Source: Polyangiaceae bacterium (GTDB lineage Bacteria; Myxococcota_A; Polyangia; Polyangiales; Polyangiaceae). Taken from it: DNA of 64,000 nucleotides. The stretch spans positions 192,001 to 256,000 of the forward strand of contig CBDCTZ010000013.1 in the NCBI GenBank assembly GCA_965222375.1, written 5' to 3'. Position numbers and translations under genes: made by a program. The notes beneath the pieces are model-generated. The model made no database searches. It saw only the letters and a list, made by a program, of their open reading frames with translations, and had not been told where the DNA came from. How positions within the stretch are numbered: position 1 is the first letter of the stretch; every line of letters starts with the position of its first letter. Below, piece by piece: positions 22,532 through 30,550 of the stretch.

Positions 22532-24199
22532 ATGGAGCACCTGGACTTTCCCGCTGACGTCCTAGGGGATCGTGACACGGCGCACCTCGCGAACGAGGAT
22601 TCCCGCGCCTACCTCCAATCCCGAGTCCGATTGTTCGCGAGCGTAGCGTTCGTATTGGTGGGTGCCCACTACCTCGCCATCAATTCTCTCCGCACTCTAA
22701 TCGGCAAGCCCTTGTCCGACTGGGCAAACATCACTGCTGCTACACACTTGGCGACCTTCGCCACATTGCTTGCCCTGTGGTCGCTGCTGAAATGGCGCAG
22801 GCTCTCCGTGCACGCGCTGAGCGTGATGGACGCGGCAGTCACCTTAGCGTTTGTGACGGGGTTGACGGTCCTCGGATACACGGCTCGAGACTCCTGGGCT
22901 CCAGAAATGGTCGTGATGATGGGCGGCACGTTGGCGATGGTCGCCCGAGCCACCCTGGTGCCCAGCGCGCGAGGGCGGACTCTCCTGGTAGGCGGCCTGA
23001 GCGGCACGATCATGGTCACCGGGGTCTTCTTCATCAGTCGCTCCCAAATCGAAAGCCACGGTCCGGGCTACTACGCGGCCATTGCCGCGTCCTGGGTGGG
23101 CCTCGCATTGGCGGCGACGGTCATTGCCTCACGAATCATCTATGGCCTCACCAAGCAGGTGCATGCAGCGGAGAGTCTGGGGCACTACATGCTCAGCGCC
23201 AAGATCGGTGAAGGGGCCATGGGCATCGTGTACCGGGCGCAACACGCGCTCTTGAAACGCCCCACAGCGGTCAAGTTACTGCGGCCTGAGGTCGCGGCCA
23301 AGCGAACCGTGGAACGCTTTCGGAAAGAGATACTGCTCACAGCCCGCCTCGAGCATCCAAGCACCGTCGCCGTGTACGATTGCGGCCAGACTCGTGACGG
23401 CAACTTGTACTACGCGATGGAGCTACTCGATGGCGTCGACCTCTACTCCGTAATCTCGCAGTTCGGCCCGCTGGAGCCAGAGCGGGTGGTGCATTTGCTG
23501 ACCCAGGCCTGCGGTTCCCTGGCGGAAGCGCACACGGCAGGCCTCATCCACCGCGACATCAAGCCCGGCAACATGATGTTGTGCCGTCGCGGCGGCGCTT
23601 ATGACGTGCTCAAGATCCTTGACTTCGGGCTCGTGAAGGATTCCGACGCTGGCCGGTCACAGCCCGACATCAGCTCCGAAACGCAGATTGTTGGCACCCC
23701 CCTGTACATGGCGCCAGAAGCGATTGCCTACCCGGGCCAGGTGGACAAGCGCACGGACCTGTATGCGCTTGGGGCGAGCGCATACTTCATCTTGACCGGT
23801 CGCCACATATTCGAAGCTGACGAGCGCGACAGGGTTTTCAAACAGCAAATGGAAGACGTGCCCAAGCGTCCTTCGTCACTGGCGCCGGGACCCATCCCGG
23901 AGCAACTCGAAACCATCGTGATGCAGTGTCTGGAGAAGAAGCAGGACGATCGCCCGGATAGCGCCGACGCTCTGGGTGAGATGCTGGAGGCCCTCGACCT
24001 TTCGCCACGTTGGACGCAGGCGCAAGCCCGCGCGTGGTGGGAAGAGCACAAGCCCAGCGCCCACCTACACGACTCGGGCTCCGCTGAGGTCACGCTAGTG
24101 GATCCGCCGCGGCTGCTGGCCCCCGACCCTCACGCCTCGACGGAGCCGGCGCTGGGCTCCACCCTGCGCAGCCCGAGTACCAAGCGCGCTGCCTCCTGA
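22532..24199 (+). CDS. Membrane-bound Hanks-type Ser/Thr protein kinase
   Basis: Several N-terminal TM helices, IGEGAMGIVY, AVK, HRDIKPGN, DFG, GTPLYMAPE. Confidence 0.95.
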   Translation: MEHLDFPADVLGDRDTAHLANEDSRAYLQSRVRLFASVAFVLVGAHYLAINSLRTLIGKPLSDWANITAATHLATFATLLALWSLLKWRRLSVHALSVMDAAVTLAFVTGLTVLGYTARDSWAPEMVVMMGGTLAMVARATLVPSARGRTLLVGGLSGTIMVTGVFFISRSQIESHGPGYYAAIAASWVGLALAATVIASRIIYGLTKQVHAAESLGHYMLSAKIGEGAMGIVYRAQHALLKRPTAVKLLRPEVAAKRTVERFRKEILLTARLEHPSTVAVYDCGQTRDGNLYYAMELLDGVDLYSVISQFGPLEPERVVHLLTQACGSLAEAHTAGLIHRDIKPGNMMLCRRGGAYDVLKILDFGLVKDSDAGRSQPDISSETQIVGTPLYMAPEAIAYPGQVDKRTDLYALGASAYFILTGRHIFEADERDRVFKQQMEDVPKRPSSLAPGPIPEQLETIVMQCLEKKQDDRPDSADALGEMLEALDLSPRWTQAQARAWWEEHKPSAHLHDSGSAEVTLVDPPRLLAPDPHASTEPALGSTLRSPSTKRAAS

Positions 24200-24235
24200 A
24201 GCTACTTCGGGGACGTTCTGGTACGCTCTGCGCCC

Positions 24236-24505
24236 ATGGCTCGGCTCACCTTCACCAAGAATCTCGCGCGTCACATCGAGTGCCCACCGCTGCAAGTGAA
24301 CGCGGAAACGGTGCGCGCAGTGGTCGACGCCGCCTTTGCTCGGGATCCCCGACTGCGCGGATATGTGCTGGACGACCAGGGGGCGCTTCGCAAGCACATG
24401 GTGGTGTTCGTCGATGGTCGGCAGATCCGAGATCGCAACGGCCTTTCGGATCCTGTTGATGCGGACTCTGAGGTGTACGTGATGCAGGCCTTGAGCGGAG
24501 GATGA
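24236..24505 (+). CDS. MoaD/ThiS-family ubiquitin-like protein
   Basis: 89 aa, LRGYVLDDQGALRKHMVVFVDG, C-terminal ALSGG. Confidence 0.92.
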   Translation: MARLTFTKNLARHIECPPLQVNAETVRAVVDAAFARDPRLRGYVLDDQGALRKHMVVFVDGRQIRDRNGLSDPVDADSEVYVMQALSGG

Positions 24506-24506
24506 G

Positions 24507-25607
24507 ATGTCGCAATTCGTAGTCGCTACGCGCAAAGGCCTATTCATCGTCAACGCACAAACCCGGGCCGTGTGTCGCTCGGCATTCCTCGGGGATCCTG
24601 TGACCGCGGTGCTTCCCGACAGTCGCGACGGATGGCTCTGGGCGGCGGTGGGTCACGGCCACTTCGGCGCCAAATTGTTCTGTTCCAAGAACGGCGGGGA
24701 GACCTTCGTGGAAACCGCGGGCCCCAAATACCCTGCCAAGCCTGAAGGGCTCGAAGACAAGGACGCCAATCGAGGCAGTGACGTTCCCTGGAACGTTGAA
24801 CAAGTCTGGGTGCTCGAGGCAGGCCTGAAGCAAGAAGCTGGCGTCTTGTACGCGGGCACGATCCCGGGCGGGTTCTTCAGCAGCAGAGACGGCGGCGATA
24901 GCTGGAAGCTGTGCGAATCACTCTGGCTTTCGGACGCACGAAAGGAGTGGTTTGGGGGCGGCTACGACCACCCGGGGATCCACTCGGTCTGCGTGGACCC
25001 TCGCGGGCCCAAACGGTTGCTCATGGGCGTATCCTGCGGAGGCGTCTGGCGATCCAACGACGGCGGTGAGCGCTTCGAGGCCAGCACCCGCGGGCTATGG
25101 GCAGCGTACGTGCCCGATGGGCGAAAAGAAGAGTCAGCAATCCAGGATCCACATCGCATCGTGCGCTGTGCGGCCGCACCGGACGTCCTGTGGTGCCAGC
25201 ACCACAACGGCGTGTTTCGCTCCGAAGACGACGGCGCTTGCTGGACGGAACTCGATACCGGACCTTCCAGTAACTTCGGCTTCGCCGTCGTTGCCCATCC
25301 GGAAGACCCGCTCACCGCGTGGTTCGTTCCCTTGGAAAGCGATGCCCGCCGCATTCCCGTCGATGGTAAGGTCGTGGTTTCGCGCACCCGCGACGGTGGC
25401 AAGACCTTCGAACTATTGACCGACGGCCTGCCTCAGCATGAGGCCTTCGACATGGTGTATCGCCATGGGCTCGACGTCAGTCCAGACGGCAAGACCCTGG
25501 TCATGGGTTCCACCACGGGAACGCTCTTCATCAGCAACGACTCGGGCGAGAGCTGGCGCACGGTGCACCATCTGCCGCCCATCTACGCCGTTCGCTTCTG
25601 GCACTAG
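24507..25607 (+). CDS. BNR/Asp-box repeat beta-propeller protein
   Basis: Six Asp-box-like repeats (SKNGGETF, SRDGGDSW, SNDGGERF, SEDDGACW, TRDGGKTF, SNDSGESW); no signal peptide. Confidence 0.9.
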   Translation: MSQFVVATRKGLFIVNAQTRAVCRSAFLGDPVTAVLPDSRDGWLWAAVGHGHFGAKLFCSKNGGETFVETAGPKYPAKPEGLEDKDANRGSDVPWNVEQVWVLEAGLKQEAGVLYAGTIPGGFFSSRDGGDSWKLCESLWLSDARKEWFGGGYDHPGIHSVCVDPRGPKRLLMGVSCGGVWRSNDGGERFEASTRGLWAAYVPDGRKEESAIQDPHRIVRCAAAPDVLWCQHHNGVFRSEDDGACWTELDTGPSSNFGFAVVAHPEDPLTAWFVPLESDARRIPVDGKVVVSRTRDGGKTFELLTDGLPQHEAFDMVYRHGLDVSPDGKTLVMGSTTGTLFISNDSGESWRTVHHLPPIYAVRFWH

Positions 25608-26215
25608 GCCGCGCGAGGCGCCCAAGGGGCCAGCGAAGCGACGGCGGTCGGGTGCAGCACGATATGAAACACCGCGCCGTCTTGGCCCATCACGGCGAAC
25701 AGTTCCCCGGCGGAACCCTGGACCCGCTGTTTCGACGGCCCGACGTGGCGCACGCTGACTTCCGCAGGCGAGGCAAAGTAAACACGATTCACCTGGCCAT
25801 CCTGTTTTTCCAGGGCCAGGACGAACCGCCCCCGGCTGGTCAACATCGCGGTCACGCCCTTGGGGCGGATCTGATCTTGCACCGCCCCCACCGGCAAGAC
25901 CCCGAACAGACCACCCAACACCACGCCAGCGCCGCCCAGCAGGACCTTCTCGAGAGTGGACTGCATGTCCTCGAACTCACCCACCCACAACTGCGTGATG
26001 GTCTCGCCCTTTTCCAGTCCGAAGTGAGCCGCCATGCCTCGCTTCGTCATCTTCCAATACGAATAGATCACGTAGGCCACGATCCCCCCACCAAACAGCG
26101 CCATGAAGGCGACGCCCGCGATCTTGGGCAGCATGGCTTCGACGGGTGCGACGTCGAAAGCACCCCCTAGACCCGTCGCGCTCGCTAGCATGGGCACCTG
26201 AGCGCTGTCGCTCAT
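25604..26215 (-). CDS. Hypothetical membrane-anchored protein (paralog B)
   Basis: ATGA overlap with the upstream gene, N-terminal TM, shares motifs with its neighbour. Confidence 0.7.
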   Translation of the reverse strand: MSDSAQVPMLASATGLGGAFDVAPVEAMLPKIAGVAFMALFGGGIVAYVIYSYWKMTKRGMAAHFGLEKGETITQLWVGEFEDMQSTLEKVLLGGAGVVLGGLFGVLPVGAVQDQIRPKGVTAMLTSRGRFVLALEKQDGQVNRVYFASPAEVSVRHVGPSKQRVQGSAGELFAVMGQDGAVFHIVLHPTAVASLAPWAPRAA

Positions 26216-26862
26216 CCAGCCTGAGGTTTCGCCTGCTGCACGGCGCCATTCCAGACTGCCGCTGCGGCGTCGGGAGCCATCGGGATGACCGCCGCGATCG
26301 AGCGCTGCTGGCCCGTCACCTCCAGGCTCTGGGTCGAGAGCCAACATGGGTACTGGGCGCCGTCTGGCCCGGTGAGCATGACCAGCTCCAGGGGAACAGC
26401 GGGGTTGAAGGGATTCTTCGGCGCGGGACCTTGGTGGTCGGGCACCGCGGCGGCGCTGGTTGTGGCCGTAGCGCCCCGCGCCCAGGTTCGAACCTGCTTG
26501 TAGTTTCCCCGATCTCCCAGCTCGCAGTACTCCTCTGCCACCAGCAACCTTCCGTGGGACGTCAGCGTCGCGAGGACCTGTGGCGTGTACTTCGAGACTC
26601 CAACCGCCTTGGACGAAATCTCATTGAGCACTGCACTGCCCACTTGCCCGGCGGCGCTCTGCGAACCCGTATAGGCGAGCCCCTGCCACAAAGCGATGAT
26701 GTATTCCTCTGCGCCCAGGTCGTAGGTGCCAGCGTAGCTGTTGTGGAACATGATCGGCCCATGCCCCTCTGCAACCGCTTTGCGCACTTGTGCCTGGTAC
26801 CAGAAGACGTAAACCAGCGCGGCAACAATGACGATGACCGGGACGAAGTACATCAGTGACAT
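26212..26862 (-). CDS. Hypothetical membrane-anchored protein (paralog A)
   Basis: N-terminal TM FVPVIVIVAALVYVFW, then a soluble domain similar to the next gene. Confidence 0.75.
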   Translation of the reverse strand: MSLMYFVPVIVIVAALVYVFWYQAQVRKAVAEGHGPIMFHNSYAGTYDLGAEEYIIALWQGLAYTGSQSAAGQVGSAVLNEISSKAVGVSKYTPQVLATLTSHGRLLVAEEYCELGDRGNYKQVRTWARGATATTSAAAVPDHQGPAPKNPFNPAVPLELVMLTGPDGAQYPCWLSTQSLEVTGQQRSIAAVIPMAPDAAAAVWNGAVQQAKPQAG

Positions 26863-26980
26863 GCGGTGCGTCCTAGACAATCGCCTTCAGCCTGGAAAGC
26901 ACGCCCGACTAGCTCGCCCTCGAAGCCACTTTGTAGGCGGATCTCGATGCCTCGAGCGTGACTAGGCCGCCCGGGCTGTT

Positions 26981-27496
26981 CTACTTCACACCGCAGAAAC
27001 CATTCTCACAGGTCGCCGTCTTGCCCTCACAGGGATTGATCAAGCAGTTCAAGGGAAACCCGTCGCACTTCGGATCCTTGTCCGACTTGGGCAAAGGCAG
27101 GCACTTGCAGCCCGTGGTGGAACACATGCTGGAAAACAGTCGGCAGTCCTTCGGGGCCTTGCATTCCTTGCCCGAACCCGCGTCCGGTTTGGTGCCGCCG
27201 GAGCCGCCGGTGGATGCATCTGGGCCGACGCCAGCGGTGCCGCCGGATGCGGTACCCGCGCCGCCATCGGGGGCTGTGCCTGCACTGCCCCCGGTCGCGC
27301 TGCCCGCGCTGCCGCCCGTCGCGCTTCCAGAGCTGCCGCCAGTTCCCGCCCCGGAGCCTCCGCCCGCACCCCCGGTAGCGCTTCCAGCGCTTCCGCCGCT
27401 AGCGGCGCCCCCAGTCCCGCTAGAATCGTCGTCGCTGCCACAAGCGCTGACGAAGACGAACACTACAGCGCACCCCAAGAAAAGCCCTTTAGTCAC
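26981..27496 (-). CDS. Cys-rich lipoprotein with Gly/Ser/Ala linker
   Basis: Lipobox VSAC, GGSAGSAT repeats, C-terminal 10-Cys domain. Confidence 0.8.
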   Translation of the reverse strand: MTKGLFLGCAVVFVFVSACGSDDDSSGTGGAASGGSAGSATGGAGGGSGAGTGGSSGSATGGSAGSATGGSAGTAPDGGAGTASGGTAGVGPDASTGGSGGTKPDAGSGKECKAPKDCRLFSSMCSTTGCKCLPLPKSDKDPKCDGFPLNCLINPCEGKTATCENGFCGVK

Positions 27497-27599
27497 CGAT
27501 TCACCTCCAAGCCCATAGCTTAGCGCATCGCGGGCGCGAGAGCGCCATCGGGAGCCCGCAAATGATATGACTCTAGGCTCGGTTTCGACAGGAGGCGGC

Positions 27600-27860
27600 A
27601 TGGCGAAGGATGTAATCGTGCGCGTAACGGGGCGTGGGGTAGTTGTCCGCGGGATACCTGCCGAGGACGACAGCGTCGCGGCGAAATGCGATCTCTGCGG
27701 GTCCGATGCAGATGCGACGGCCTCCGTCGCGCTAGATGGCGACGCTCCTTTCGCCTGCAAGAGCTGCCTCAGGGAGCGTCTAGAAGCGATGACAGTTTCA
27801 CTCTACCTGTTTTCATCCCCCACCTCCGGTGGCCTGCCCTGGGGAAAGATCAGCGGCTGA
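27600..27860 (+). CDS. Small C4 zinc-finger-like protein
   Basis: AGGAGG RBS, CDLC...CKSC, immediately upstream of preT. Confidence 0.65.
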   Translation: MAKDVIVRVTGRGVVVRGIPAEDDSVAAKCDLCGSDADATASVALDGDAPFACKSCLRERLEAMTVSLYLFSSPTSGGLPWGKISG

Positions 27861-27897
27861 TGCAGATGCACGCGAGCGCCGAGTTTTGGAGACAACA

Positions 27898-29211
27898 ATG
27901 CTGAAGAAAGTGCCCACAAAGCGTGGTGAGTCCGTGTTCGAGGACTTCAAGGATCCCTACACGTCGCAACAAGCCGAGGTAGAAGCCAATCGCTGCTTGT
28001 ACTGCTCGGACGCGCCGTGCATCGCCAAGTGCCCGACCGCCATCAACATCCCGGAGTTCATTCGCAAAATTGCTACGGGCAACTTGAAGGGATCTGCGAG
28101 GACCATTTTCGACTCGAACATCCTCGGCATGAGCTGCGCACGGGTCTGCCCGGTTGAAGTTCTTTGTGTCGGCGACTGCGTCTACAACGAAATGGGCGTG
28201 CCGCCGATTCAGATTGGCAAGCTGCAGCGCTACGCGACAGACGTCGCCTTCGACAACAACCAACGCTTCTTCGAGGCCGGCAAGGACACCGGCAAGAGTG
28301 TCGCACTGGTGGGCGGTGGTCCCGCATCGTTGGCAGCGGCTCACGAGCTCCGACGCCTGGGCCACGCCTGCACGATCTACGAAAAGCGTGAGGTTTTGGG
28401 TGGTTTGAACACGACCGGTGTCGCGCCCTACAAGATGAAGGCCGATCGCTCCTTGGATGAAGTCGAGTGGGTCTTGGGTATCGGCGGCATCGAGGTGAAG
28501 ACGGGAGTCGAGATCGGCAACGACTTGAGCTTTGCCGACCTGGAAAAGAAGCATGACGCCGTCTTCATTGGCCTCGGCCTCGGCCCGGACACGACCATGG
28601 ATGTGCCAGGTGCCGATCTGAAGGGAATCCACGGTGCAGTGGATTTCATCGAGCAGTTCAAGCTCAATCCCACCTCCTTGGACGGCGTAGAGACCGCAGT
28701 GATCGTGGGCGGTGGCAACACTGCCATCGACGCAGTCCGAGAGACCAACGGCCTAGGGATCGAGAAATCGCTCATGGTGTATCGCGGCACGGAAGCCAAG
28801 ATGTCCGGATACAAGCACGAGTGGGCAGCCGCCAAGGTGGAAGGCTGCACCGCGGTTTGGCAAGCGCTACCCATCGCATTCGAAGGCAGCGGACGGGTTC
28901 AGCGGGTCAAATGCATCCGGCTGAACGACGAGAAAAAGCCCATCTCGGGCACGGAGTTCAGCATCGACGCAGATCTGGTGCTGGTCGCCATCGGACAAAG
29001 CAAGCTCGGCGAACTGCTTGCCAATCTGGATGGCATCGAGATTGAGCGCGGTCGCGTCATCGTAGATGAGCACGGCGGCTGCGGACGCAAAGGTTTCTAC
29101 GCTGGGGGCGATTGCGCCAACGGCGGCAAAGAAGTGGTCAATGCCGCGGCGGAGGGCAAAGCTGCCGCGCGCACCATGCACGCCTACATGATGGGAGGCA
29201 AAAATGCCTGA
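27898..29211 (+). CDS. preT: Dihydropyrimidine dehydrogenase subunit PreT
   Basis: EANRCLYCSDAPCIAKCPT, CARVCP, GGGPA, GGGNTAID; overlaps preA. Confidence 0.92.
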   Translation: MLKKVPTKRGESVFEDFKDPYTSQQAEVEANRCLYCSDAPCIAKCPTAINIPEFIRKIATGNLKGSARTIFDSNILGMSCARVCPVEVLCVGDCVYNEMGVPPIQIGKLQRYATDVAFDNNQRFFEAGKDTGKSVALVGGGPASLAAAHELRRLGHACTIYEKREVLGGLNTTGVAPYKMKADRSLDEVEWVLGIGGIEVKTGVEIGNDLSFADLEKKHDAVFIGLGLGPDTTMDVPGADLKGIHGAVDFIEQFKLNPTSLDGVETAVIVGGGNTAIDAVRETNGLGIEKSLMVYRGTEAKMSGYKHEWAAAKVEGCTAVWQALPIAFEGSGRVQRVKCIRLNDEKKPISGTEFSIDADLVLVAIGQSKLGELLANLDGIEIERGRVIVDEHGGCGRKGFYAGGDCANGGKEVVNAAAEGKAAARTMHAYMMGGKNA

Positions 29212-30484
29212 TCTTTCCACGAACTGTGCCGGCATCCGTTCTCCGAATCCCTTCTGGCTGGCATCGGCACCCCCTGCAAACTCCGGCGCTCAAGTTCAGC
29301 GCGCATTCGACCATGGTTGGGGCGGCGCCGTCTGGAAGACCCTCGGGCAGCCGATTCAGAACGTCTCGAGCCGCTTCGGCGCAGTGAGCTACGGGGGCAA
29401 GAACGCGATCGGCTTCAACAACATCGAGTTGATCACGGATCGACCGCTGGAGACCAACTTCAATGAGATCTACGAGACGAAGAAGAAGTATCCGAAACAC
29501 GCGGTCGTCGTGTCGCTGATGGTCGAAACCAAGGAGGAATGGAAAGACATCATCAAGCGCAGCATCGATGCTGGCGCGGATGGGCTGGAGTTGAACTTCG
29601 GCTGTCCGCACGGCATGTGCGAGCGCGGAATGGGCTCTGCGGTTGGGCAGGAGCCAACCGTAAACGAGCGCATCACCAGCTGGGCCAAGGAATATTCGAG
29701 CGTCCCGGTACTGGTAAAGCTCACGCCGAATGTTGGCGACATTTTGCCCCACGGCCTAGCCGCCCGCCGCGGCGGCGCGGACGGCGTATCCCTCATCAAC
29801 ACCATCAAGAGCATCATCGGCGTAGACATCGACCGCTTCGTGCCTACGCCTCGGGTCGATTCCCAGAGCACGAACGGCGGCTACTGCGGCGCTGCGGTGC
29901 GCCCCATCGCATTGCACATGGTGGCTCAGCTGGCCCGCTGCAAGGAGTTCGGGCTGCCCATCAGCGGCATTGGCGGCGTGACGAACTGGCGTGACGCCGT
30001 GGAGTTCCTACTTCTGGGAAGTAGCAGCGTTCAGGTTTGCACCGAAGTGATGCTCAAGGGTTACCGCATCGTGGAGGACATGAATGAAGGTCTCGAAGAG
30101 TACATGCGCTCCCACGGCTTCGAGACCATCGACCAGATGGTCGGCAAGGCGGTGCCCGGCTATTCCGAATGGGGCGATCTGGATCTGAACTACGAGACCA
30201 TCGCCAAGATCGACTCAAAAAGCTGCATTGGCTGTCAGGTGTGCCTCGTGGCTTGTCACGACGGCGCGCATCAGTGCATTCATCAGCCCGAAGAGGCGGA
30301 AAACGGCGTGCGCGTACCGATGGTCGACGAGAGCGAGTGCGTTGGCTGCAATCTGTGCCAGATTGTGTGTCCGGTTCCTGGCTGCATAAGCATGGAGGCC
30401 GTCGACAACGGCTATGAGCCAGCAACCTGGAACCAGCACGTCAGTGAGGGCGCAAAGCTCCGCCCCAAAAAAGGCGCTCACTGA
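29204..30484 (+). CDS. preA: Dihydropyrimidine dehydrogenase subunit PreA
   Basis: NPFWLASAPP, NNIELITDR, ELNFGCPHGMCERGMGSAVGQ, two ferredoxin motifs. Confidence 0.96.
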   Translation: MPDLSTNCAGIRSPNPFWLASAPPANSGAQVQRAFDHGWGGAVWKTLGQPIQNVSSRFGAVSYGGKNAIGFNNIELITDRPLETNFNEIYETKKKYPKHAVVVSLMVETKEEWKDIIKRSIDAGADGLELNFGCPHGMCERGMGSAVGQEPTVNERITSWAKEYSSVPVLVKLTPNVGDILPHGLAARRGGADGVSLINTIKSIIGVDIDRFVPTPRVDSQSTNGGYCGAAVRPIALHMVAQLARCKEFGLPISGIGGVTNWRDAVEFLLLGSSSVQVCTEVMLKGYRIVEDMNEGLEEYMRSHGFETIDQMVGKAVPGYSEWGDLDLNYETIAKIDSKSCIGCQVCLVACHDGAHQCIHQPEEAENGVRVPMVDESECVGCNLCQIVCPVPGCISMEAVDNGYEPATWNQHVSEGAKLRPKKGAH

Positions 30485-30550
30485 GGCCTGGCAGCCGTCC
30501 ACGACCATTTCGAACTGTTCCCGGCGCCATCGAGGGTGCAGCATGGACTC

